Source: Spirochaetia bacterium
Lineage (GTDB): Bacteria > Spirochaetota > Spirochaetia > SZUA-6 > Bin103
NCBI GenBank assembly: GCA_965199955.1
Contig: CBDATQ010000001.1
Span: 1,888,001-1,952,000 of the forward strand
DNA: 64,000 bases
Reading direction: 5' to 3'
Within the stretch, counting starts at the first letter, position 1. Every line of letters begins with the position of its first letter. Position numbers and translations under genes: made by a program. Under the pieces are notes generated by a model. That model was given only the letters and a program-made list of their open reading frames with translations. It did not search any database and was not told the origin of the DNA. Positions 29,709-39,750 of the stretch are shown here, piece by piece.

Positions 29709-30866
29709 TCAATCCGCAGACGTGTTGGAGGTGGCGAAGGTGACGAGCCGCTGCAGGCCTTCGCGCAGGAGGTCCGGGCTGGTGGCCAAGGAGATGCGTA
29801 CGCGGCCTTTGCCGCCGGCGCCGAACGTCTCGCCGGGCGCGACGGCCACGTCGGCTTCCTCGACCAGGCGGCGTGCGTAGGCGTAGGTGTCGGCGACCCG
29901 GCCCGGCAGGTCGACCAGTAGGTAGAAGGCGCCCTCCGGCCGATAGCGGCAGAGTCCGGCGTCCGTGAGCAGCTCGCAGGCAAGGTCGCGCCGCTCGCGG
30001 TAGGCGCCGACCATGGCGGCGACGCAGTCCTGCGGGCCGGCGAGCGCCGCCAGCGTGGCGTGCTGGGAGAGCACCGGCGCGCACGACACGGTCGCTTCCT
30101 GGAGCTTCACGAGCAGCGGCGCGAACGGCTTGGGGCAGGCGACGTAGCCGATTCGCCAGCCGGTCATGGCGTAGCTCTTGGAGAAGCTGCCGACCGTGAA
30201 GCAGCGGTCGCCGGCGCCCAGGCTGGCAGGACTCACGTGCGCGCCGTCGAAGACGATCTTCTCGTAGCACTCGTCGCTGACGAGGTAGAGATCGTGGCGG
30301 CAGGCCAGCTCGACGATCGCCGCCAGCCGGTCGCGGCGGATGACGGTCCCGGTCGGGTTCGACGGGCTGCCGATCACGATCGCCTTGGTGCGCGGGGAGA
30401 CGGCGGCGGCCAGCGCATCGAGGTCGGGCTGGTAGCCGTCCGCGGCGGGAAGCGGGTAGGGGACCCACTCGGCGCCGCACAGCTCGGCGGTCATCCGGTA
30501 GTTGGGATAGCCGGGATCGGGCACCAGGAGCTGGTCGCCGGGCTCCAGCACGCTCAGCAGGCTGCCGTACAGGGCGCCCATGGCGCCGATGGTGACGATG
30601 ATCTGCTCGCCCGCGACGCGGACGCCGTTGTCGCGGTGCAGAGCGGCGGCGAGCGCCTCGCACAGCTCCGGCAGGCCGGCGTTGGCCGTGTAGCCGGTAT
30701 GGCCCTGCTCGGCGGCGCGGTTGGCGGCCGCGACGATGTGCGGCGGGGTCGGGAAGTTCGGCTGGCCGATCTCCAGGTGAATGACGCCCGGGCGCTGCGC
30801 GAGGTCCATGATCTCGCGGATGCCCGAGCGCGGCACGGCCGCGACGCGGGGATTGATCGGTCGCAC
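29709..30866 (-). CDS. PLP-dependent aminotransferase class I/II
   Basis: IGQPNFPTP, SPSNPTG, SDECY, SFSKSYAMTGWRIG. Confidence 0.94.
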   Translation of the reverse strand: MRPINPRVAAVPRSGIREIMDLAQRPGVIHLEIGQPNFPTPPHIVAAANRAAEQGHTGYTANAGLPELCEALAAALHRDNGVRVAGEQIIVTIGAMGALYGSLLSVLEPGDQLLVPDPGYPNYRMTAELCGAEWVPYPLPAADGYQPDLDALAAAVSPRTKAIVIGSPSNPTGTVIRRDRLAAIVELACRHDLYLVSDECYEKIVFDGAHVSPASLGAGDRCFTVGSFSKSYAMTGWRIGYVACPKPFAPLLVKLQEATVSCAPVLSQHATLAALAGPQDCVAAMVGAYRERRDLACELLTDAGLCRYRPEGAFYLLVDLPGRVADTYAYARRLVEEADVAVAPGETFGAGGKGRVRISLATSPDLLREGLQRLVTFATSNTSAD

Positions 30867-30884
30867 GGGAGGGTCCTTCCCCGC

Positions 30885-32162
30885 TCAGGCGTCGCGGGCG
30901 GCTTCCACGGCGCGTCCGGGCGTGACGGACACGCCGAATCGCGGCAGCACCTGCTCCATGGCGTTCAGGATCGCGCAGACCGAGTCGAGGTTGGCCACGA
31001 AGCCCATAAGGCCGATGCGGCTGCCGGCGTAGCCCATCTCGCCCACCGCCTGCGAGCCGCCGGCGGTGGCGATGCCGTACTCGCGCCAGACGGTCTGCAT
31101 GTAGTCCTGAGTCGGGAACGTGTCGCCGGGCATGGCCACGCAGGTCGAGCACGAGGCGGCGATCCGCTCGTGGGCCAGCACCCGCAATCCCATGGCGCGG
31201 ATGCCCGCGCGCAGCGCCCGGCCGGCGGCGGCGTGGCGGGCGATCACGCGTTCCGGTCCCTCGTCCATGATCTCGCGCAGCGCGCCCTGCAGGGCCAGCA
31301 GCAGCGAATAGGACTGCGACGGGCCGTGCGCGGCCTTGTACTCGGTCACCGAGCTGTCGACGGCGCCGCCCTCCTCGGCCGAGTCGCCGTTCGCGGACGG
31401 TTCGGGCGGCGCCTCGCCGCGGTCGGTCGCCCTGGCATGCCGCTGGCCGTCATGCCACTTCCGCCACGTCACCAGGTCCAGGCACAGGCCCGCGATCGGG
31501 CTCGACCGCCGCTCGGCGGCCTGCCAGGCGCGCGGTCCCACGGTCACGATGGCGATCCCCTGCGGAGCGTTCACGCACTTCTGGCTGCTGGTGCAGCAGA
31601 CGTCGATGCCCCATTCGTCGATGTGCAGCGGCTCGGAGGTCAGCGACGAGACCGCGTCCACCAAGTAGAGGACGTCCGGGAACTCCTCGCGGATCATGGC
31701 GCCGATCTCGCGGACGGGATTGAGGGTGCCGGCCGTGGTCTCCAGGTGGACGACCGCGAACATCTTCGCCTCGGGATGATCACGCAGCGCCTGCCGCGCC
31801 TGCTCGACGGTGATCGCGGTGCCGTGCGGCAGCTTGATCTCCGCGGCGGTGGCGCCGACCACGGTGACCAGGTCGGTGAGGACCTGGCCGAACATGCCGG
31901 TGTTGACCGTGACACAGATGTCGCCGTGCTCCAGAAAGGTGTTGAACGCTGCCTCCTCGCCGTAGGTGGCCGACCCGACCGGCAGCAGCACGTCGCCTTC
32001 GGTGTGCAGGATCTCGCCCAGCATCGCCACGCATTCGCCCTCCACGTCGTGGAACGGCGGGTAGTAGATGGGGTTCGGCAGCGCCTGGCTCATCGCCTGG
32101 CGCGCGGCCGGGTAGAGATCTGTTTGTCCGCAGGACAGGTTGAGGTGCAGCGCGGTACTCAT
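30885..32162 (-). CDS. Class V aminotransferase (alanine-glyoxylate / serine-pyruvate type)
   Basis: VHLETTAG, VDAVSS, SSQKC (PLP lysine), RIGLMG. Confidence 0.88.
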   Translation of the reverse strand: MSTALHLNLSCGQTDLYPAARQAMSQALPNPIYYPPFHDVEGECVAMLGEILHTEGDVLLPVGSATYGEEAAFNTFLEHGDICVTVNTGMFGQVLTDLVTVVGATAAEIKLPHGTAITVEQARQALRDHPEAKMFAVVHLETTAGTLNPVREIGAMIREEFPDVLYLVDAVSSLTSEPLHIDEWGIDVCCTSSQKCVNAPQGIAIVTVGPRAWQAAERRSSPIAGLCLDLVTWRKWHDGQRHARATDRGEAPPEPSANGDSAEEGGAVDSSVTEYKAAHGPSQSYSLLLALQGALREIMDEGPERVIARHAAAGRALRAGIRAMGLRVLAHERIAASCSTCVAMPGDTFPTQDYMQTVWREYGIATAGGSQAVGEMGYAGSRIGLMGFVANLDSVCAILNAMEQVLPRFGVSVTPGRAVEAARDA

Positions 32163-33439
32163 GGTGACGTGGAATATGAGGTGTGGTCATCTGCCGCGCA
32201 AGCCGCAGGTGCCGCCAGCACGTAGCCGTCCCGCGCCACCACCTCGCCGTCGCGGATCACGGCGCGCACGTGCCTGAGCGCCCGCACGTCGGCGAGCGGG
32301 TCGCCGTCGAGCACGATGCAGTCCGCCCGCTTGCCGACCTCCAGCGTGCCGATCGTGTCGCCCAGCGTCAGAGCCTCCGCCGCCGTGCCCGTCGCGGACT
32401 GCAGCACCTCCGCCGGCGACATGCCGCCGAGCCCGACCATCGTCTCCATGGTGCGGGACAGATCGACGAAGTTCGTGTCGGTGATGCCGGCGTCGGTGCC
32501 GGCGATGACGCTCACGCCCGCGGCGAGCATGTCCCGGAACGTCCGGAACCTGGCCCATCCAGCGTGATCCGGGCCGGCCGCCGCGATCTCCTCCAGGGGC
32601 CAGCGCTCGAAGCCGGCGATCGTCTTGCAGACGAAGATCCGCCGGTCGCGGATGCGCTCGACGACCTCCGGGCGGTAGTCTTCGCCGTCGGCGTCGCGCG
32701 CCAGCCAGGTGCAGTGCTCGATGCCGTCGAAGCCGGCGGCGACGCAGCGCTCGACGCCCTCGGTGCCGTGCGCGTGGGCGCTGGCGCGCAGCCCCAGGCG
32801 GTGGGCGTCGTGGGTGATGGCCTGCAGCTCGGCCAGGCCGTACTGCGCCGCGCGCGGGTTGGTGCCGCGCGTGCCGCCGCCGGTGGCCATCACCTTGATG
32901 AAGTCGGCGCCGGCCTTGTGCATGCGCCGCACCGCGCGGCGCACGGCGTCTTCGCCTTCGGCCTCGTTCTCCAGGAACCAGCAGTGTCCGCCGGTGGAGG
33001 TGATCGGCGCGCCGCCGGTGATGATCCGCGGCCCGATGAGCTGGCCGTCACGGATGGCCCGCGCGACCGGGAGGATCACGTCGGTCAGGCCGCCGCAGTC
33101 GCGCACGGTGGTGATGCCGCGGCTCAGCGCCGCACGCAGGTTGGTCACAGTCTGGACGGTGAGGGTCGCTATCGGCTGACCGATCGCCGCGTACAGGGGG
33201 TTGAGCCCGTCCTTCTCGGCGTCCCCGCTCCACATCAGGTGCACGTGGCTGTCGATCAGCCCAGGGGCGATCACCTGCTCCGGGAAGTCGAGCATGCGGG
33301 TGTCTCCGTCGGCCAGCCGGAGCGCGTCCTCGCCCACCGCCGTGATCGCGCCGGCCTCCACCAGCAGGGCGGCGTCGGTGCGGGGCTCCGCCGCGGCGCT
33401 CCAGACCAGCAGGCGGCCGCGTATCAGCGTCTGCTTCAT
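32159..33439 (-). CDS. Metal-dependent amidohydrolase
   Basis: PGLIDSHVH, FIKVMATGG, AHAHG, IEHC, AGTDAG. Confidence 0.92.
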   Translation of the reverse strand: MKQTLIRGRLLVWSAAAEPRTDAALLVEAGAITAVGEDALRLADGDTRMLDFPEQVIAPGLIDSHVHLMWSGDAEKDGLNPLYAAIGQPIATLTVQTVTNLRAALSRGITTVRDCGGLTDVILPVARAIRDGQLIGPRIITGGAPITSTGGHCWFLENEAEGEDAVRRAVRRMHKAGADFIKVMATGGGTRGTNPRAAQYGLAELQAITHDAHRLGLRASAHAHGTEGVERCVAAGFDGIEHCTWLARDADGEDYRPEVVERIRDRRIFVCKTIAGFERWPLEEIAAAGPDHAGWARFRTFRDMLAAGVSVIAGTDAGITDTNFVDLSRTMETMVGLGGMSPAEVLQSATGTAAEALTLGDTIGTLEVGKRADCIVLDGDPLADVRALRHVRAVIRDGEVVARDGYVLAAPAACAADDHTSYSTSP

Positions 33440-33443
33440 CGGC

Positions 33444-34200
33444 TCACCTGTTGAACTTGAAGGCGTAGAGATCGGCATCCATGTTCAGGGACACGAAGCC
33501 ATCCGTGCGGAAGGTGTAGCGGACGATGCGCACGGTCGGCAGGCGCCAGTGCTCGCTGCCATACACCGAGAGCTCGGTGAGTGAGGTCTGGATCAATCCG
33601 GGGTCGATGTACAGCCCTCGTTCATGCCAGTTGTCCTGGTCCGGTCCGGGGCGTATCAGGGCTTCCATGAAGCTGCGGTCGAAGCGGATGCCGTCGCGGC
33701 TGGACATGAACACGATGTCACTCACGCCCGATCCTCCGTGCCAGCCCGGCGTGAGCTCTCGCTCCGGGACGAATCTGGAAGGGAACATGAGGTACGTCCC
33801 CGGTGCGCGCCGGCAGGCGACGCATGAGTTGGTGTACAGGTGATCGAACGGTGTGTCCCCGGCGTCGATGTCCTCGGGAGGACTCCAGGTTCGGAAGTCC
33901 TTCGACGTGGTTCTCCTGATCCAGCGCACGCCGCCCCGGCCTCCGCTCGGGCCGATGAAGCTGCCCTCCGTGCCGGCCTTGCCGCGCGTATAGGCGACGT
34001 ACGCCCGGAGCTTGTCGCCGTCCTGCATGGTGGCCATGTAGGAGACGTGGTCGTGCTCCCACGGCCTGTCTCGCTCCAGGACGGTCTCGCGCTTCGGGGC
34101 GGATGCGCTTGCGGGACACTCCGGTCGCGGCGGAGATCCAGAAGGCACCGACGAAGAGCTGTCTGTCGGTGCCGATGTTGCGCACCCCGTCAGTCGTCAT
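33444..34200 (-). pseudogene. Internally deleted and frameshifted beta-propeller hydrolase (paralog of 21868-23478)
   Basis: MTTDGVRNIGTDRQLFV (RBS upstream), frameshift near 34100, DRPWE, SKDFRTW, SRDGIRF; RTDGFVSL is joined directly to DADLYAFKF. Confidence 0.75.
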
Positions 34201-34272
34201 CGATTCCCCTCCACCTCCGGATGCGCCCGTGTCGTTGACGACCCGCACCGGCTTCGCCATGGTCACCGCCCG

Positions 34273-34899
34273 ATGGCGAAAGTCTACACACCGCACGATC
34301 GCTCCGTCCCTCCGCGCGGCCAGGAGTTCGACACGCCCGGATTCCTGCCGGTGACCCCGGCGCTGATCAGCGTCCTGGACGAGGAAACCGGCATCCCCAA
34401 CATCATGCCGTCGGTCGGGTGGGGGTGGCTCAACCGGCTGCCGTTCTACCTGGGGGTGGCGGTGAGCGTGCAGGAGATCACCGGCGACTACTTCAAGCGC
34501 GGGACGCACGAGCTGCTGCGGCGTGCCCGCGACTTCGCGCTGAACGTGCCCACGGACCGGCTGCGCGAGGCGGTGGCCGCCTGCGGCCGGCTGTCGCGCG
34601 CCAAGGACGCGGTCGTCGACAAGTTCAAGGAGACGGGCCTGACGCCGCTGCCGGGCAAGCGCATCAAGTCACCGCACATCGCCGAGTGCCCGATCAACTA
34701 CGAGTGCAAGGTGCGCGAGGTGGTCAGCCTGGGATCGCACGACCTGTTCCTGGGCGAGGTAGTCGGCTGCTTCGCCGACGGCGTGGTCCAGCCGGGCCGC
34801 TCGTCGGCGCAGGGCCACTCGCGCATCGAGCTCGCCCGGGAGGACGGGGGCACCACCGTCCTGGAGTTCCAGGGGATCGTCCACCTGGTCAGCGAGTAG
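34273..34899 (+). CDS. Flavin reductase family protein
   Basis: FALNVP, DKFKETGLT, PHIAECPINYECKV, GSHDLFLGEV. Confidence 0.88.
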   Translation: MAKVYTPHDRSVPPRGQEFDTPGFLPVTPALISVLDEETGIPNIMPSVGWGWLNRLPFYLGVAVSVQEITGDYFKRGTHELLRRARDFALNVPTDRLREAVAACGRLSRAKDAVVDKFKETGLTPLPGKRIKSPHIAECPINYECKVREVVSLGSHDLFLGEVVGCFADGVVQPGRSSAQGHSRIELAREDGGTTVLEFQGIVHLVSE

Positions 34900-34912
34900 C
34901 CGACCTCGGCAC

Positions 34913-36010
34913 TCAGTCTGCCGGGTGGATGGGGGTGGGCTCGCCGCGGTTGATCACCTCCCAGCCGGTGACGTCGCCGCCGTGCCAGCGGTAGGGCATC
35001 GGCAGCACGGTTGCGGACCGGTCGGCGAGCGGCAGCGCCACCCGGCGGTGCCGCTCGCGCGCCGACAGCTTGATGGCGGCAGCGATCTCCAGCACCTGCC
35101 GGTAGTCGTGGCCGCTGCACGGGGCGGGGCGGCCCTCGCGCACGGCGTTCATCAAGCTGTCAACGACGCCCAGGAACTTCCCCCCGAGCCGTTCGTCGTC
35201 TGTCGGCTCGTCCAGGAAGTCGGGCCGTACCGGGCGCGCGCTGGTCCCCGTACCCTTGATCAGCACCGTGCCGTCGCCACCGGCCAGGTACACGGCGCCG
35301 TCCTCTCCGAACAGCGCCACCCTGTGGGCTCCCTCCGCCGGCACCTCTCGCGCCGCAATGCACTCGTAGCCGCCGCTCATGCCCAAGGTCCCGTACGCGG
35401 CGCAGTCGTCGTCGCTGGCAGCCGCCTCCTCGGGCACCGTCCAGCCCTCCGCCCACGCCACCTCGTCGCCGGTGGCGAAGCGCAGGAAGTTGAGGATCAC
35501 GCAGCCCAGGCCGGACACCTGGTTGCCCTCCGCCAGGAAGCCGTCGATCGCCGCTCCGGTGAGCCGGCCGATGGCGCCGTCGCGCACCCACGCGCCGATC
35601 CGGGTCACGTGGTGCACCTCCCACCAAGCGGTGCCGCACGCGAACGCTGCGCCGCGCTCCTCGCAGGCGGCGATCATGGCATCGGCGTCGGCCAGCTTCG
35701 CGGCGATCGGCTTCTCGCAGGAGATCCCCCTGACGCCCGCCTCCGCGCACGCGATCACGGCGTCGCGGGCGGCGCTCACGGGCAAGATGTTGGCGACCAC
35801 GTCCGGCACCTGCCATGCCAGGAGTTCCTCGACCGTGTCGAACTGGCGCGCGATCCCGTAGTGATCGGCGAACCGCGCGCGGCGTTCGCGGGCGGTGTCG
35901 ACCAGGGCGATCAGCTCCGCCTCCGGGTGGCGGGCGTAGGCGTAGGTGTATCGGCGGCCCCAGTCGCCGCACCCGCCGACCACGGCGACCCGCAGTTTTT
36001 CTCGTTTCAT
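34913..36010 (-). CDS. Gfo/Idh/MocA family oxidoreductase
   Basis: LRVAVVGGCGDWG Rossmann fold, CEKP motif. Confidence 0.88.
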   Translation of the reverse strand: MKREKLRVAVVGGCGDWGRRYTYAYARHPEAELIALVDTARERRARFADHYGIARQFDTVEELLAWQVPDVVANILPVSAARDAVIACAEAGVRGISCEKPIAAKLADADAMIAACEERGAAFACGTAWWEVHHVTRIGAWVRDGAIGRLTGAAIDGFLAEGNQVSGLGCVILNFLRFATGDEVAWAEGWTVPEEAAASDDDCAAYGTLGMSGGYECIAAREVPAEGAHRVALFGEDGAVYLAGGDGTVLIKGTGTSARPVRPDFLDEPTDDERLGGKFLGVVDSLMNAVREGRPAPCSGHDYRQVLEIAAAIKLSARERHRRVALPLADRSATVLPMPYRWHGGDVTGWEVINRGEPTPIHPAD

Positions 36011-36025
36011 CAGTGACCTCCCTCG

Positions 36026-36979
36026 TTACGCGAAGTCGGGGAAGTCCCGGTCCAACTCTTCCCAGACCGCAGGATCGACTTCCTGCTGGTAGGCCGCGAT
36101 GTTCTGTGCGACGCGCTCCGGTGTCGAGAAGCCCAGCAGCACCGACGCGAATCGCGTCTCGCGCAGGCAGTAGTGCAGGTTGACGACGTGCAGATCCAGG
36201 TCGCGAGCCGTGCACCAATCGTACATCCGCTTGGCGCGGCGCAACTCCTGGGTCATCTCCACCCGCTCCGGGGAGACGCCCGCCGCGCTCGCCGCCACCC
36301 GGACCGGGTCGTCGCCGCCGAGCAGGCCGCTCAGCATGATCGAGGCGTTGAACAGGCCCACGTCGGCCGCCACCCCCGGCTCCACCACGCCGGCCAGCGC
36401 CGAGCGCTCGATCAGGTTGTGGTCGCGGAAGGTCAGCGACACCTCGAAGTCGCCGGTGGCGATGCAGGCCCGGTGATGCGCGTGCGGGCGGCAGCCCAGG
36501 CCGAGGTGCCGGATGACGCCCTGCCGCTTGAGGTCGAGCAGCGCGTCGCGGGCCGCATGCGGAGCGAGCACCGGCTCGATCTCCGCCGGGTCGTGCACGA
36601 GCATGACGTTCAGGTAGTCGGTTTGCAGGGCGCGCAGGCTGAGCTCGGTGCTGGACATGATCGCGTCATAGGAGTAGTCGTGGGGCCGCTGGCGCGAGCC
36701 GGCCTTGCTCTCGATGATCAGGTCCTCGCGCCGGTGGCCGCGGCGGTACCACTCCTGCAGGGCAAGGCCGATGTAGCGCTCGCTCTCGCCGCCGATGTAG
36801 GCGGCGGAGGTGTCGATCAGGTCGATGCCGGCCTCCAGCGCGGCCAGCACCGTGTCCACGCCCAGTTGCTCGTCGTGCGTGCCTCCGCGGCGGCCGAGCT
36901 GCGCGCCGCCGATGCCGAGCACCGGCACCTGCAGGCCGGTTTTCCCCAGCCGGCGGCGTTCGTATTCGATCGCGTGCAT
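36026..36979 (-). CDS. Aldo/keto reductase
   Basis: LGKTGLQV, IDTSAAY, SLRALQTDY, VHDP. Confidence 0.88.
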   Translation of the reverse strand: MHAIEYERRRLGKTGLQVPVLGIGGAQLGRRGGTHDEQLGVDTVLAALEAGIDLIDTSAAYIGGESERYIGLALQEWYRRGHRREDLIIESKAGSRQRPHDYSYDAIMSSTELSLRALQTDYLNVMLVHDPAEIEPVLAPHAARDALLDLKRQGVIRHLGLGCRPHAHHRACIATGDFEVSLTFRDHNLIERSALAGVVEPGVAADVGLFNASIMLSGLLGGDDPVRVAASAAGVSPERVEMTQELRRAKRMYDWCTARDLDLHVVNLHYCLRETRFASVLLGFSTPERVAQNIAAYQQEVDPAVWEELDRDFPDFA

Positions 36980-37020
36980 GCGCGGAGCATACCCGCACGG
37001 GTGGCGCGGCGGAACGGGCC

Positions 37021-37063
37021 TGCGGCCGGAGTAGCGTCTCGGTGAGACGCTACTCCGGCCGCA
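37021..37063. repeat. Perfect 20-bp inverted repeat with 3-nt loop between divergent genes
   Basis: tgcggccggagtagcgtctc-ggt-gagacgctactccggccgca. Confidence 0.85.
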
Positions 37064-37124
37064 CCTGCGCGCTTTGACACGCCGCCCTCCCCCAAGCACG
37101 GTGAGCGGCGAGGAGGGTGCCTCG

Positions 37125-38303
37125 TTGTTGATCAAGGAAGTCAAGCTCTACGTCGTCGCCGCAGGCCAGCGGGAACGGGCCGCGGTCGGCCGCGGCGGCA
37201 TGGAGCTGGTGCCGCCGGGCCTCTCCGGCCTGTTCACCCACGGCGAGGGGATCGGCTCCGACGCCGAAATCCCGGAATACCGCGAGCAGGCGCCGGCCTA
37301 CGACCTGATCCTGCGCCTGGTCACCGACGGCGACCTGGACGCGCACACCACCTACGCCAGCGGATTCAGCGCGAGCGAGCTGGCATGGCAGGCGAGGGAG
37401 TTCCAGGTGAAAATCGCCCACCTGCTCATCGGCATGGACGCCTTCGACCGCGAGCGCGTCTGGCAGCGCCTCTGGTACACGCAGCGGTTCATGTACACCG
37501 GCCGCGGCCTGATCCAGGCCGTCGACGAGATGCTCTGGGACCTGGCCAGCCGCCATGCCGGCCTGCCGCTGTACCGCCTGCTCGGCGGCGCCCGCGATTC
37601 GATCCCGGCCTACCGCAACATCGGCGGCAGGACCGTCGACGACTACGTCGCCGATGCGATGAAGGCGCGCGAGCAGGGCTTCAAGGGCGGCAAGGACCAC
37701 TCCTACCGCGGCGTCGCCGGCAACACCGAGCTGTTCCGGGCGCTGCGGGAGGCGATGGGAGACGACTTCATCCTCATCCATGACGCGGTCGAGCACTACA
37801 CCTGTGACGAGGCGATCAGGATCGGCCGCGAGATGGAGCGCCTGGGCTACGCCTGGATCGAGGAGCCGCTGCAGGACTTCGACCTCATGGGCCTGAGGAA
37901 GCTGTGCGCGGCGCTCGATCTGCCGGTGATGGCCATGGAGTGGATCGGATCGCTGGCCGGGCAGCCGTTCAACGCGTCGCCCTTCATCGCCATGCAGGCC
38001 ACGGACATCGTCCGCCAGCGCGCCATCGGCATCACCGGCCAGATCAAGCTGGCGCAGCTCGCCGAGACCTTCGGCCTGGACGTGCACGGCGGCAACTCGT
38101 ACGTGGTGCTGGCCATCCACAACGACCCGCTCTACGAGTACGGATCGGAGGGTCCTCTGCCGCCACCGCAGGACCCGGCGACCCTCACGTTCCAGGGGAT
38201 CAAGGTGATCGACGACGGGCACATGCGCATCCAGTGCGGCGACCTGCCGGTGCCGGAGCCCGACTGGGACCGGATCGAGTCGGAAGCGCTGGAGGTGTTG
38301 TGA
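37125..38303 (+). CDS. Mandelate racemase / muconate lactonizing (enolase superfamily) enzyme
   Basis: GAGGAGG RBS with TTG start; LWDL...PLYRLLGG, GFKGGKDH, ligands IHD / WIEEP / AME. Confidence 0.85.
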   Translation: MLIKEVKLYVVAAGQRERAAVGRGGMELVPPGLSGLFTHGEGIGSDAEIPEYREQAPAYDLILRLVTDGDLDAHTTYASGFSASELAWQAREFQVKIAHLLIGMDAFDRERVWQRLWYTQRFMYTGRGLIQAVDEMLWDLASRHAGLPLYRLLGGARDSIPAYRNIGGRTVDDYVADAMKAREQGFKGGKDHSYRGVAGNTELFRALREAMGDDFILIHDAVEHYTCDEAIRIGREMERLGYAWIEEPLQDFDLMGLRKLCAALDLPVMAMEWIGSLAGQPFNASPFIAMQATDIVRQRAIGITGQIKLAQLAETFGLDVHGGNSYVVLAIHNDPLYEYGSEGPLPPPQDPATLTFQGIKVIDDGHMRIQCGDLPVPEPDWDRIESEALEVL

Positions 38304-39388
38304 TGGCGGATCGAAGCGTGTTGGCGGAGTCGACGATCACGCGGCTTCAGGTGCATGCGCCGGCCGGCGTCGTACGCATCTCTGCCGAGGGGGCAGGCGA
38401 GGAGGTCTGCGGCGCGGCACTGATCTGCGCCGACCGGCTGCCGCCGGCCGCGACCGTCGAGCGGATGCGCGCGGCGCTCGTCGGAGGGCCGCTTGCCGAC
38501 CGGGAGCGCCTCTGGCGCGATCTCCGCACCGCCGCGCCCGGAAGCGACCCGGCGGACCTGGCCGGCGTGGACATCGCGCTGTGGGACCTCTGGTCGAAGG
38601 CCCTGCGGTTGCCGCTCTACCGGGCGATCGGCGGCTTCCGGACGGAGATCCCGGCCTGTCTCTCGGGCGAGGCCGCTTGCGACACGGACGAAGCCGCGGC
38701 CGAAGCAGCGGGCGCCGTTCGTGACGGCTACCGCGGTTATCGGGTTACAGGCACTGCGACTGCGATCGGCTCGAAGGCGCCTGCCGCGGTACGCAAGCGC
38801 GTTCTGGATGCGATCCGCGCGGTGCGAGAAGCCGTGCCGTCAGACTTCCCTTTGCTGTACCGCGGCGTCCCTGCCGGCGGCCACCTGGAGGCGCTGGCCA
38901 TCGGTCGCGCGCTCGACGAGGCCGGCTACACTTGGTTCGAGGATCCGCTCCCGGGCGCTGACGGCGAAGCGCTCGGGCGGCTGGCCACGGAGCTCGATAC
39001 CCCGGTCCTGGCGGCCGTCGGCGGCCCGGATGCCGCCCGGCAGGCGGCGACGCACCTGTCCCGGCAGTCGGCCGACCTGATCCGGGTACGCATTCCCGAC
39101 GCCGGTGGCATCACCGAGGCGCTGAAGATCGCCCGCGCCGCCGAGGCGTTCGGCGTCAACTGCGAGATCGATCCCGACGACGGCAACGGCGGCTTCGCCG
39201 CGGCCGGTCTCATGGGCGCCCTGCGCAACGCCATGTTCCTGCCGTGGGTCACGGGCGAGAGCGGCGAGCGGGCGCGCACCGCCGACGGCCTGATCCGCAC
39301 CCCGATGACGATACGGGACGGAGCCGTGACGCTGGGAGACGCGGCCGGCTTGGGCATGGAGTTGGAGATACCGACGGGATCGGGGTAG
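38303..39388 (+). CDS. Enolase-superfamily paralog with degenerate active site
   Basis: VDIALWDL...PLYRAIGG, WFEDP, GGITEALKIA; catalytic Lys and two metal ligands appear substituted. Confidence 0.8.
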   Translation: MADRSVLAESTITRLQVHAPAGVVRISAEGAGEEVCGAALICADRLPPAATVERMRAALVGGPLADRERLWRDLRTAAPGSDPADLAGVDIALWDLWSKALRLPLYRAIGGFRTEIPACLSGEAACDTDEAAAEAAGAVRDGYRGYRVTGTATAIGSKAPAAVRKRVLDAIRAVREAVPSDFPLLYRGVPAGGHLEALAIGRALDEAGYTWFEDPLPGADGEALGRLATELDTPVLAAVGGPDAARQAATHLSRQSADLIRVRIPDAGGITEALKIARAAEAFGVNCEIDPDDGNGGFAAAGLMGALRNAMFLPWVTGESGERARTADGLIRTPMTIRDGAVTLGDAAGLGMELEIPTGSG

Positions 39389-39750
39389 GAAACGCGTGCT
39401 CTGACGAGTACGAGCGAATGGCAATCCCTGGCGTGGCAAGGCGCGCCGAATCGCGACCGTGGTTGCCCCCGGGGCTGATCCTCCGGGAGGCACCGCTCAC
39501 GGCTTCGGCGTCGAAGTGGAGGCGGCGGCCGGCCTCGTCCGGGCAGCGGCTCGGCGGTCGGTCGCTTCCTGTCGGATCTGCGAAGGCTCGGCGAACGGGT
39601 GCCACTGCCGACAGACTGATTCCATCGCCGATGGGCGTATGCGATGGTCGTCTGATCGGTGCGTATCGGTGACGCTTCGTGGCGGTGGGAGACAACGGTA
39701 CAGTCGTGGTCAGTCCGCAGCGCCGCCGCAAGCGGCACAGGAGGGGCCGC

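Noticed and set aside
39389..39750. 360-bp intergenic gap as a possible ncRNA or riboswitch
   Set aside because: No recognisable RNA motif or protein remnant by eye; needs an Rfam/Infernal search.
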